Source: Pseudomonadota bacterium (GTDB lineage: Bacteria > UBA10199 > 2-02-FULL-44-16 > JAAZCA01). From it: a DNA stretch of 64,000 nt. The position numbers were made by a program, and so were the translations under genes. The stretch covers positions 1,456 to 65,455 of the forward strand of contig JAFGMW010000116.1 of the NCBI GenBank assembly GCA_016927275.1. Direction: 5' to 3'. Position 1 is the first letter of the stretch, and every line of letters begins with the position of its first letter. Positions 9,434 to 18,117 of the stretch are shown here, piece after piece. The notes beneath the pieces are model-generated. The model was not told the DNA's origin. It was given only the letters and a program-made list of their open reading frames with translations, and did no database searches.

Positions 9434-10863
9434 CTGTCGTCCACCGTCCCGTCGTACCCGTCGCAGTTGAGCTGATCCAGCTCCTGCCTCCAGTTCCTGA
9501 AGTGCCCCTTGGGGTCCAGGATCATGCTTATCAGCGTGCCGACGCCAGGGAAGTGGCGCATGAATCCGGCGACATCCTGCTTCGTGACATCATTTCCGCC
9601 CGCGCCCCTGGAGTCGTTGCGATAACTGGTGCTGTCCGGCTGACTCGAGCGGCTGTGCGTTTCTTCGCCGCTATCGTCCAGCATCGCACTCCTGATGAGG
9701 ACCACGCTCTTGTCCTCCATTATCCTGAAGAACAGCTTGGTGATCGAAAATTCATGGGTGACGGAGTCTATTCCGAACGCGCTCACGGTGTCGCCTATAG
9801 CCGCGGGTATCCTGACCCTCACCGTCCCGTCGGGGCCGGCGGCGTTGCTGCTGCCCGCTCTCGATCTCAGATTCTCGAGGCTGGCTATGAAATAGGGCCA
9901 GTCCGCCACGCATCGAAGATCAGCCCTCGACCTCACGTAGCATCCGTAGAGGTCGAAGATGAAGTGCTTGCCGTCAAAAGACGCCCTGTAATTGACGCGG
10001 TCTTTTCTCAGAGGGCCGGGGAGGTCTATCTGCGGAGACGCCCCTGCGTTGCCCACGTATTTTTCCAGGAGATCGTCAAACGAGGGTATGCTGGCGTATC
10101 TTGATGAGCCGTCATTTTTGAACCGAGGGTCCTCCTCGTACGGCACCGGATCGTCCAGCCACTTCGGGTAATCGGGGCTGAAGGCGGAGAGGTCGGGCGC
10201 CTTTTTGGGGGCCTTTGCGGTCCTGCCGGGCCTTGTTTTCTTTGGCGCAGGGATGTCCGGCAGCGACGGCTCGTCCGGCGCGACGCATACGCCCCCTGCC
10301 TCAGGGTCGCTTTTCAGGTTGCGCGCGTCGAGGCACAGCTCGGTGCACCTCTGGCTGTCTATGTACTGCCTTATGTAACTCTTGAACTGCTTGAAGTCCT
10401 TGAACCGCATGAGGTCGGCTTCGACCCTCTTCACGTCGTTGAACTCCTTTTCGGAAAGCTGCCCGTCCGTCTTGCCCTCATTCGCCACGGCGTCGATCTT
10501 CGTGAGGATCGAATAGAGAGAGATGCCGCCGAGCATCACGCACCTGGGGACGCTCCTGATGTCGAGCGGGGACTCGTTCACCGCTATGCCCGACTCCTCC
10601 TGACAGATGGGGTTGAAGCGGTTGTTCTCGATGTAACTTTCGACATAATCCCTGAACCGAAAGAAGCCTTCGAACGCTGAGAGGTCCCTCCAGCCGACGA
10701 GCCTCAGGCGCAGGGCATCGTCGTAGTTCGCGCGGGTGAACTTGCCGTCAGGGGCATTTCCCCTCGCCTTGTCCGCTTCGCGGTCCAGCCCCCTCACGAA
10801 GTCCTTGAGGTCCGCAAGGCAATTCGGGATGCTGCCCACCGATATGTGATCAAAAGCGCTCAT
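9385..10863 (-). CDS. hypothetical protein, 492 aa
   Basis: Long ORF with balanced composition, same strand as its neighbours, and stop 10 nt after the upstream gene. No recognisable motif. Confidence 0.55.
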   Translation of the reverse strand: MSAFDHISVGSIPNCLADLKDFVRGLDREADKARGNAPDGKFTRANYDDALRLRLVGWRDLSAFEGFFRFRDYVESYIENNRFNPICQEESGIAVNESPLDIRSVPRCVMLGGISLYSILTKIDAVANEGKTDGQLSEKEFNDVKRVEADLMRFKDFKQFKSYIRQYIDSQRCTELCLDARNLKSDPEAGGVCVAPDEPSLPDIPAPKKTRPGRTAKAPKKAPDLSAFSPDYPKWLDDPVPYEEDPRFKNDGSSRYASIPSFDDLLEKYVGNAGASPQIDLPGPLRKDRVNYRASFDGKHFIFDLYGCYVRSRADLRCVADWPYFIASLENLRSRAGSSNAAGPDGTVRVRIPAAIGDTVSAFGIDSVTHEFSITKLFFRIMEDKSVVLIRSAMLDDSGEETHSRSSQPDSTSYRNDSRGAGGNDVTKQDVAGFMRHFPGVGTLISMILDPKGHFRNWRQELDQLNCDGYDGTVDDRCNRLKNGVAGSNLER

Positions 10864-10872
10864 TTATCGCGT

Positions 10873-11535
10873 TCACTCCGCTTTTTTTGGCGGCGCATAG
10901 ATCTCGGGAAACGCGCTTCGGTCTTCGACCGACTTGATGTCGGCCATGCGGATTACTTTTGTGTCATCCTGGGACAGCTCCTTGCCGTTGCGCGCCTGGA
11001 CGAGTTTCGCCTTGGATATGACCTGGAGCTTGATCCCGTCGTAGTTCACGGTCATGTTCCTGCCGTCCCAGCGGACCGCGTCGGTTATCACGATGCGGAC
11101 CACAAAGTAGGTCCCCTTGGATCCCTTGATAGTCACCGGGTCATCCTCCTGCACGCTCTTCTTGAGGTGTTTGATCGGAAAAGGGGTCTGGTTCTTCAAC
11201 GGGAAGATGGGCATGGCGAGGTGGGTCTTCACCTTCGTCATGTTATCCGAGACCGAGTACTCCGCATTCCAGAAGGGCCCGGTCAATTTGCCGCCTTCGG
11301 CCGTATCTGTGTGCGAATCCTGTTTCCCGAAAAGGGCTGTGACCTGATTGAAGAGCGCCTCCTTCGGCATCTCCCCGCAGAGCGTCAGGATCTTTCTGGT
11401 GACGGTGAAGTACTCCTCCTTTTTCCCGTCCAGATTCAGGTCCGCGGGCACCATATCCACTATCGATTCCTGCTTCGCGACCGTGATGCCCTTCATCTGC
11501 GGCATGCTGCATACTTTGGGCGTCTTCTCGCTCAT
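10873..11535 (-). CDS. hypothetical protein, 220 aa, Lys-rich
   Basis: First gene of the three-gene minus-strand operon. No recognisable motif. GC ~55%. Confidence 0.55.
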   Translation of the reverse strand: MSEKTPKVCSMPQMKGITVAKQESIVDMVPADLNLDGKKEEYFTVTRKILTLCGEMPKEALFNQVTALFGKQDSHTDTAEGGKLTGPFWNAEYSVSDNMTKVKTHLAMPIFPLKNQTPFPIKHLKKSVQEDDPVTIKGSKGTYFVVRIVITDAVRWDGRNMTVNYDGIKLQVISKAKLVQARNGKELSQDDTKVIRMADIKSVEDRSAFPEIYAPPKKAE

Positions 11536-11661
11536 AAAATCTCCTTTAATTTCAACATATTGAATTAATGTCCTATATAGATTATCGGTTGAGAAGGGCG
11601 CTGAGTTGCTTCATCTTTTCAATTTATGAAAAGAAAAAAGATTGATAACGGGCCCGCATCT

Positions 11662-11673
11662 GCATATTTATGC
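11662..11673. promoter_or_regulatory. ARG-box-like near-palindrome GCATATTTATGC upstream of argR
   Basis: Closely resembles the argG-upstream palindrome. It lies 16 nt upstream of the argR ATG at 11689. Confidence 0.3.
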
Positions 11674-11688
11674 TTATCAGGAGGGCAC

Positions 11689-12141
11689 ATGGACCATCTG
11701 AGGAGGCAGGAGATGATAGAGGCCTTGAGAAAGCTCCTCTCCGAGGGGTTTGAGGGGACGCAGGAGGAGATCTGCGAGGAGCTGGCAGGACAGGGGTTCG
11801 AGGTCAACCAGTCCACAGTCTCCCGGGCCCTGAGGAGGGTGGGCGCCGTCAAGTCCATGGCGGCCGGCAGGATCGCCTATCGGCTTGGCGAGGCCCGCTC
11901 GGCAGGGTTCACAGGGTCGGTCAGCGACCTGGTACAGACCATTGACGCAAACGACACGATGATCGCCATCAGGACGGTCGCCGGCTCCGCCTCGTTCGTG
12001 GCAGAGTTCCTGGACAGGGCGGGGCTCAGGAATGTGCTCGGGATAGTCGCGGGAGACGACACGATATTCGTTGCCCCGAGGCATACCGGGGAAATCGCCA
12101 CGACGCTGGAGGAGCTCCGCCAGGCGGTCAGGGGCGCTTAG
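11689..12141 (+). CDS. argR: arginine repressor
   Basis: N-terminal winged-helix with QSTVSRALRR and C-terminal GIVAGDDTIFV (ArgR GTIAGDDT motif). Start chosen at MDHLRRQE, which is preceded by AGGAGGG. Confidence 0.85.
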   Translation: MDHLRRQEMIEALRKLLSEGFEGTQEEICEELAGQGFEVNQSTVSRALRRVGAVKSMAAGRIAYRLGEARSAGFTGSVSDLVQTIDANDTMIAIRTVAGSASFVAEFLDRAGLRNVLGIVAGDDTIFVAPRHTGEIATTLEELRQAVRGA

Positions 12142-12249
12142 TCCTCCTCATCCGTCCGCCGGGCCGTTTTCGATCAAATTCAAAAAAACCAGGCAACTTT
12201 GGGCGGCATCCGGCGATAAAACTCCCTGAAGGAGGGGTCCCACATTACC

Positions 12250-13800
12250 ATGACCATGGCATCGACCAGCCCTGTTAGGTGGCCTTTCCCAAACGGGATG
12301 AGCGCGTTCTCCCCGGCCTTTTCAGGGGTGAGGCCTGAGATGCTCTCGAACATAAGGCCAGTTTCCGCGGAGCGGCCGTCGCCCGCGGGCGGAGTTTTCG
12401 AAGGGGCCGCCGGCCTCACCGAGGCGCGCGCGCGCGTCATGCTGTGCGGCGGATTTCCGTTGAGGGACGGCCGCGGCTGGACCTTCAGCGAGGCGGGCCA
12501 CCGCGAGATAGCGAGGGACTACTACAGGCGGTCGCGCGGGATGATCTTCGAGGGGAGCCGCTTCGACCAGAGGAGCGACTACCTCTTCACGAACGAAATC
12601 GACTACCACTCAGCGTTGTCGGCGATCAGCGGCAGGGGGGGTGCCTACGCCGGCGTGGGCCACATGCTCTCGTTCACCTATCCCGCATGGCAGGGCGCTG
12701 CTGACGCATACGCAGTGGACGCGAACGCGAGGGTCCCTTTCATCACCATCCCGCTGTACGGGCTCATGCTCGCAATGGCTGCCGACCGGATCGATCTCAT
12801 CTCGCTGCTCACCGGCAAGCTCGTCCCGAGATCGGCGAAATGGCGAGATCTCGTCGACGGGCCTCCGTGGCTGCTCATCGAGAACCTGATCGCGCTCCCG
12901 GGCAACCCTTCGTTCGCTGCGGCGGTGAAGCGGGAGCTGACCGAGACCCTGGTCGGCGCCGCGCCTTACCTCGACGCCGGATCGCTCGAGCACGAGGCCT
13001 CAGGCCTCGTCGACCGCATCAGGAATTCGATCCTCCGATCCAACGCCTCGTTTTACAGCCTGTTCAACCCGGTGGCGCTCATGAAGGCGAAGGACTCGGC
13101 CGGCCGCGGAGGGCCGCTGACTAGCGAGGAGCAGCTCCGGAGGGAGAGGTCGCTCTTCATAGAGGGCAGGATCACGGGGGTCGCCTCCCCGATACAGGCC
13201 GCGGGGCTCGATGCGGTGATGTCCCGCGTCTCGGAGTCCGGCGACCGCCTTGGCGTGATGTATCTGTCCAACCTCGAGGACTGGCTCTTCGACGACGTGG
13301 AGGAGGACGAGGAGGGCAGGCGCGACGGCGCGAAGGCCCAGAGGTTCGCAGAGGGGGTGGCCGCTCTTTACGGCAGGCTGCGCGGCTTCGACTATCCCGA
13401 GGAGTCGCTGCTCGTATCCGCGAAGGGCTGTTACCCCACCTCGGTCCACGGCCTCGTCGGATATCTCGGCGACTCAATGCCTCCCGACATGCCGCCCGCC
13501 GATGCCGGGCGTTCCGCGCGCCTGGTCTACAGGCTGCGCAGGGAGGCGGCCAGGGCGGGCCGCGAGCCGATCCGCCAGAGGCTCAAGTTCCTCGAGGGGC
13601 ATCTTGCAAAGAGGCCCGATCTGGCCGAGATCCCGGCCGCGCTGAGGAGGGGATGGAGGGGGAGCCCCTACGGGCAGAAAGAGGCGTGCCGTGCGCTGCT
13701 TGACAGGTCAGGGTATTTCAGGGGACTTACGGATTGGGAGCGTTCATCCGTGATCAGGATACTCATCGGGATGGGAGTCGTAAAAGGGGCGGGCGAATGA
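12250..13800 (+). CDS. hypothetical protein, 516 aa, paralog 1 of a tandem pair
   Basis: Shares long conserved blocks with the next gene, e.g. LFTNEIDYHSA..GGAYAGVGH..TYPAWQGAADAYAVD and ERSLFIEGRITGV..GERLG.MYLSNLEDWLF. No known family recognised. Confidence 0.6.
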   Translation: MTMASTSPVRWPFPNGMSAFSPAFSGVRPEMLSNIRPVSAERPSPAGGVFEGAAGLTEARARVMLCGGFPLRDGRGWTFSEAGHREIARDYYRRSRGMIFEGSRFDQRSDYLFTNEIDYHSALSAISGRGGAYAGVGHMLSFTYPAWQGAADAYAVDANARVPFITIPLYGLMLAMAADRIDLISLLTGKLVPRSAKWRDLVDGPPWLLIENLIALPGNPSFAAAVKRELTETLVGAAPYLDAGSLEHEASGLVDRIRNSILRSNASFYSLFNPVALMKAKDSAGRGGPLTSEEQLRRERSLFIEGRITGVASPIQAAGLDAVMSRVSESGDRLGVMYLSNLEDWLFDDVEEDEEGRRDGAKAQRFAEGVAALYGRLRGFDYPEESLLVSAKGCYPTSVHGLVGYLGDSMPPDMPPADAGRSARLVYRLRREAARAGREPIRQRLKFLEGHLAKRPDLAEIPAALRRGWRGSPYGQKEACRALLDRSGYFRGLTDWERSSVIRILIGMGVVKGAGE

Positions 13801-15290
13801 ACAGGTTCAACCCTCAGATCCCGGCTGCCGCGCCTTTGTCACAGCCGACCCTCGGCTTCGGGCCCATTCCCTCCATGCCGTTACTCAGGTCTCCGCACAT
13901 CCTGGATTCGACTGCGCATGCGGAAAGGCTGCGCGAGCAGGGGGCGTATCCCGAGCGCGCGTTCGGACGGTGGCGCGCGGACGCGCAGTCTCTGAAACAC
14001 GTGATGGAGGGGTATTTCGACAGGTCGAAACCGATGATCTCCGCGGGCAGCGACTCCAGCTCAAAGGTCGATTTTTTCCTCACCAACGAGCGGGGTTACA
14101 CTTCGGCCATAGGCAGCATCAAAGACAATGGAGGCGCTTTCGTGGGTGTGGGCAGGTGCGTGCCGGTCACCTATGCGGCATGGCAGAACGCGTCGCATGC
14201 CTATGTCGTGGACAGGAAGGCGGCCATACCGCTGGGCTTCACCCCCATCTACGGCGCATGGCTCTGCATGGCAGGGTCCCGCATCGAGTTTCTGTCGCTC
14301 ATACTGGGCAGGCCGCTGCAGAGGACGATCAACGCGGAGGGCTTTTCCGCAGAGGACATAGTCGACATAGTGCAGTCGATGCCCTTCGACGCATCGTTTG
14401 CGCGCTCCGTCGTGTCCGCCATAGCGTCCACCTTCACGATAAGCGCCAGGACCTCGGGCGTCCATTCCCTCAAGGGCGTGCTCATGGAATGGATGGCGAA
14501 GCTGGACAAGGCCTTTTATCGGCATCGCAGGTCAACGGGCGAGGAGATGAATCCGGCCGCAGCCCTCATGAGGCACGACCCGCAGGGACGCGGAGGCGCG
14601 CTGTCCAGCGATGCATCGTTCATGAGGCAGAGGGATGTCTTTCTGGAGGGGAGGATCACGGGCGTGTCCGGCGACATGATCGAAGGGGGCCTCGATATCG
14701 TGGAAGCGGATATGAGGAGAAGGGGGGAGAGGCTGGGGGCGCTGTACATCTCGAACATCGAAGACCTGCTTCTCTTCAACTACCTGTTCGACGAGAGGAA
14801 GCCCGATGTCTACACGAGGGTCCTCAGGGTGCAGAGGTACTACGACTTTTACCGCAGGATTGCGGCCGTGCCCGATGCGGAGGACGCCTTCGTGATATCC
14901 GCCAAGAAGAGGCGCGTGACGAGCGTGGACAGGGTGGCAAGATATGTCCGACGCAGCATCCCGCTCGAGCTGGGCGTCGATCAGGCCACCAACGCGGCCA
15001 AGGACTTCTATCGTCTTCGCGTGGACGTTGAGTTTCTAAAGGGCTTTCCTCTCATGGAGCGGCTCGAGCGGATTTCGAAGAGCTGCAGGAGCAGGCATCG
15101 GTTCAACATCGCGCTGTCTGTCCTCAGGTCGATCTTCCGCGGGAGCGCGGTGAACCGGGAGGCGTTCGAGGCGAGGCTGGCGAAAGAGTTCGATCGCAAA
15201 GGATTGGAGAGGAGCGGGTGGTGGGAGCGGATGTTCGTTGAAAATCTCGAGGAGCTGGGCCTTGTGACGAGGAGGCTCAGTCCTTCCTGA
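13797..15290 (+). CDS. hypothetical protein, ~497 aa, paralog 2 of a tandem pair
   Basis: Its ATG at 13797 overlaps the TGA of paralog 1 (ATGA), indicating translational coupling. Conserved blocks include FFLTNERGYTSA..GGAFVGVGR..TYAAWQNASHAYVVD and QRDVFLEGRITGV..GERLGALYISNIEDLLLF. Confidence 0.6.
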   Translation: MNRFNPQIPAAAPLSQPTLGFGPIPSMPLLRSPHILDSTAHAERLREQGAYPERAFGRWRADAQSLKHVMEGYFDRSKPMISAGSDSSSKVDFFLTNERGYTSAIGSIKDNGGAFVGVGRCVPVTYAAWQNASHAYVVDRKAAIPLGFTPIYGAWLCMAGSRIEFLSLILGRPLQRTINAEGFSAEDIVDIVQSMPFDASFARSVVSAIASTFTISARTSGVHSLKGVLMEWMAKLDKAFYRHRRSTGEEMNPAAALMRHDPQGRGGALSSDASFMRQRDVFLEGRITGVSGDMIEGGLDIVEADMRRRGERLGALYISNIEDLLLFNYLFDERKPDVYTRVLRVQRYYDFYRRIAAVPDAEDAFVISAKKRRVTSVDRVARYVRRSIPLELGVDQATNAAKDFYRLRVDVEFLKGFPLMERLERISKSCRSRHRFNIALSVLRSIFRGSAVNREAFEARLAKEFDRKGLERSGWWERMFVENLEELGLVTRRLSPS

Positions 15291-15474
15291 ACAGTATGGA
15301 AGCCAGGTAGAACATGCCGCCGCGCGACACCTTGGCGCCCGGCATCTGGGTCACCTCGGTCTTGACGTCCTGCACCGCGAACCCCCGCACGTCCGGCGAG
15401 TTGATAGCGTCGTTTATGCGCTCCTCGAGGTCGTACGGGCTCGTCGCCTCGACTATCTTCACTGTGAATTTCAT
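15277..15474 (-). CDS. small protein, 65 aa, possibly dodecin-like
   Basis: Size and sequence pattern (KIVEATSP..., beta-rich) resemble dodecin flavin-binding proteins. Located downstream of serS on the same strand. Weak call. Confidence 0.4.
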   Translation of the reverse strand: MKFTVKIVEATSPYDLEERINDAINSPDVRGFAVQDVKTEVTQMPGAKVSRGGMFYLASILFRKD

Positions 15475-15568
15475 CTGAGAACCCCTTGAGAAGCTAGAAG
15501 CCAGACGCTAGAAGCCAGATAAAAACAGGTGTCTTAGGCTCTGGCATCTCAATTCTAGCATCTAGCCT

Positions 15569-16852
15569 CTAGCTTCTGCATATCTTCTTCACACCCGCCA
15601 TATGCGGCACAAGCGCCTCGGGCACGGTCACCGAGCCGTCGGCCTCCTGATAGTTCTCGAGTATGGCGATGAGGGCGCGGCTTATCGCGACCGCGGTGCC
15701 GTTGACCATGTGCACGTGAATCGGCCTCTTCTCCCCCTCTCGCCTGAAGCGGATGCCGAGCCTGCGGGCCTGGTAGTCGGTGCAGTTGGAGGTGGATGTC
15801 ACCTCGCCGAACTCCCCGCCCTCGCCGCGTCCGGGCATCCACGCCTCCAGGTCGTATTTGCGGTACGCCGGCCCGCCGAGGTCGCCGGTGCAGATGTCCA
15901 TGACGCGGTAGGGGATGCCCATCGCCTGGAAGAGGTCCTCCTCCATCCGCACGAACTCCTCGTGCGTGCGTTCCGATTCCTCCGGTGTCGTGAAGGCGAA
16001 CATCTCGACCTTGGAGAACTGGTGCACGCGGTAGAGCCCCTTGGACTCGCGGCCCGCGGCGCCGGCCTCGGTGCGGAAGCAGTGCGAGACCCCCGCGTAG
16101 CGGAGCGGGAGATTCGCCTCGTCGAGCACCGTGTCGGAGAGCATCCCGCCGAGGGTGATCTCCGCGGTGGCGATGAGGCAGAGGTCGGTGTTCGCCACCG
16201 AGTAGATCTGGGTCTCCTCGCCGCGCGGGTTGAAGCCTATGCCGTCGAGGATCGACTCGCGCGCCATGTCCGGCGTCGCCACCGGCACGAAGCCGGCCTT
16301 GACAAGCCTCTGGAGCGAGAAGTTGATGAGCGCCTGCTCCAGCAGCACCGCCTCGTTCTTCAGGTAGTAGAACTTCTGGCCCGCGACCTTGGCGCCGGTC
16401 TCGAAGTCGATGAGATCCAGCCTTGCGCCGAGCTCGAGGTGGTCGAGAGGCCTGAAGCCGAACTTTCGGGGCTCCCCGTGCCTGCGGATCTCGCGGTTGC
16501 CCTCTTCGGTTGCGGCCACAGGCGCGTCCGGGTGCGTCATGTTGGGGATCGATCGCATGAGCGAGTCGAACTCCGCTTCGATCTGCGCGACCTGCGCCTC
16601 CGCGTCCTGGATCTCGGCCTTCTGCGATTTGCCCTCCGCGATGAGCCTCTCGCGCTCGGGCTTCTCCATCCCGCCCTTCATTCTGGACGAGAGGTCGTTG
16701 AGCGCTCGACGCATCTCCTCGAGGCGCGTGATCGCCTGCCTGCGCCCCTCGTCGAGCGAGGTGAAGCGGTCCAGATCGACCCTCGCGTTTCTCGCCAGGC
16801 AGTTGGCCCTGACGGCGTCGAGGTTCTCGCGTATGAATTTGGGATCGAGCAT
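15569..16852 (-). CDS. serS: seryl-tRNA synthetase
   Basis: N-terminal coiled coil followed by class II aaRS core motifs (FRTEAG..., GIPYRVMDICTGDLG, NGTAVAISRALIAILENYQ). 427 aa. Confidence 0.95.
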   Translation of the reverse strand: MLDPKFIRENLDAVRANCLARNARVDLDRFTSLDEGRRQAITRLEEMRRALNDLSSRMKGGMEKPERERLIAEGKSQKAEIQDAEAQVAQIEAEFDSLMRSIPNMTHPDAPVAATEEGNREIRRHGEPRKFGFRPLDHLELGARLDLIDFETGAKVAGQKFYYLKNEAVLLEQALINFSLQRLVKAGFVPVATPDMARESILDGIGFNPRGEETQIYSVANTDLCLIATAEITLGGMLSDTVLDEANLPLRYAGVSHCFRTEAGAAGRESKGLYRVHQFSKVEMFAFTTPEESERTHEEFVRMEEDLFQAMGIPYRVMDICTGDLGGPAYRKYDLEAWMPGRGEGGEFGEVTSTSNCTDYQARRLGIRFRREGEKRPIHVHMVNGTAVAISRALIAILENYQEADGSVTVPEALVPHMAGVKKICRS

Positions 16853-16864
16853 AAAATAAAACCA

Positions 16865-16937
16865 GGCTGAGGCTGAGGTTTAGGTTGAGTGACCTTATAA
16901 CTTAACCTAAACCTTAACCTAAACCTAAACCTAAACC
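16865..16937. repeat. hexanucleotide tandem-repeat hairpin element, (GGCTGA/GGTTTA)n facing (TAAACC/TTAACC)n
   Basis: Left arm ggctgaggctgaggtttaggttgag and right arm cttaacctaaaccttaacctaaacctaaacctaaacc are mutually near-complementary hexamer arrays. Located between the DsbA-like gene and serS. Confidence 0.7.
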
Positions 16938-16942
16938 TTCAA

Positions 16943-17941
16943 TTATCGACTCAACTCTGTTTCAATTATCTCCTTGAACGATCCGTAGGGCTGGGCTCCG
17001 GACAGAAGTATACCGTTGATGAAGAAGGTCGGCGTCCCGTTCACTCCGGCCTGCATGCCCTGCGCGACCGATTTCTCCACCTCGGCCGCGTGCGCTCCGC
17101 TTTCGAGGCACTCGCCGAAGGCGCCGGCGTCGAGCCCGAGGTCCTTCGCGAGGCTCTTCATGTCCGCCACGGACATCCTGCTCTGGTTGTCGAATATCTT
17201 TTTGTTGAAGTCGAAGTATTTGCCCTGATCCCCCGCGCAGCGGGCGGCCTCGTGGGCCTTCTTCGCGTCCTTGTGAAATGAGAGAGGGAAGTCCATGAAG
17301 ACGTACCTGATCTTGCCGTCGTACTCCTCGAGCAGTTTCCAGACGGTGGGCCTCACCCTCTGCGAGAACGGGCACTGGTAGTCGGAGAACTCCACGATGG
17401 TGATCTTGCCGCTGCCCGTCTCGGGGGCGCCGGCGAACTCCACCTCCACCCTGGGCGGGCTGAGCAGCACCTTCACGTTCGCGTCGGAGCGCAGCCTCGC
17501 GAGAAGCTCCGCGCGGGCGCGCGCCATTCGGTTGCCTACGAGGTAGTCGCGTATCTGGTCCTTCACCTCGTCGAACGGCTGTTTCATGGCGCCCTTGCGG
17601 GCGTCGTAGAGGGCCTTCACCTCCTCGTCGGTCGGGCGGTTCACCTTGGCCTCTATCTCCTGCCTTATGAACTCGTCGGCTGAAAGCCCCTTCTTCTTGG
17701 CCTCCAGGGCGATGATCTTCTCCTCGATCAGGCTGTCGAGCACCGTCTTCTTGATCTGGAATATCTGCGTCTCGACCCTCATGAGCTGGTCCTTCGAGGC
17801 GGTGTTCAGCTCTCCCATGGTGATGGTCTCGCCGTTTATCGTCGCTGCGGGCGACCTGTCGCTCTGAGGCTGCGGGCCGGTACCGGAGCAAGCGGAAAGC
17901 GCTAGGCATGCCGCCAACGCAAACAACAGAAATCTCTTCAT
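16943..17941 (-). CDS. DsbA-family thioredoxin-fold lipoprotein with SurA-like N-terminal domain and CxxS (CPFS) active site
   Basis: Signal peptide with lipobox LALSAC. The thioredoxin domain (FSDYQCPFSQ, with CPFS checked against the DNA) precedes a GTPTFFING tail. The N-terminal region resembles a SurA/PpiD chaperone domain. Confidence 0.7.
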   Translation of the reverse strand: MKRFLLFALAACLALSACSGTGPQPQSDRSPAATINGETITMGELNTASKDQLMRVETQIFQIKKTVLDSLIEEKIIALEAKKKGLSADEFIRQEIEAKVNRPTDEEVKALYDARKGAMKQPFDEVKDQIRDYLVGNRMARARAELLARLRSDANVKVLLSPPRVEVEFAGAPETGSGKITIVEFSDYQCPFSQRVRPTVWKLLEEYDGKIRYVFMDFPLSFHKDAKKAHEAARCAGDQGKYFDFNKKIFDNQSRMSVADMKSLAKDLGLDAGAFGECLESGAHAAEVEKSVAQGMQAGVNGTPTFFINGILLSGAQPYGSFKEIIETELSR

Positions 17942-18117
17942 GATTTTCCTCCCCAGCGTTTCGGGCGAATGATTTGTTCAAAGATCGCGGAAGGTTAGAC
18001 CATGCCGGCGCCGCTTGCAACGGAAATTGAGCGATTCCCCGGGCGAGGCTATTGACACGAAACCCGGCGAAATATAACAGTTGCCGCCCAAATCCGGACC
18101 CCTACGCTGAAAGGAGC

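Noticed and set aside
13970-15031. 353-aa alternative-frame ORF inside paralog 2
   Set aside because: Arg/Gly-rich frame artefact. The paralog frame is supported by conservation with paralog 1.
16865-16937. Possible CRISPR array (short direct repeats at several loci)
   Set aside because: Units are 6-8 nt with no unique spacers and no cas genes. These are simple tandem repeats, not CRISPR.
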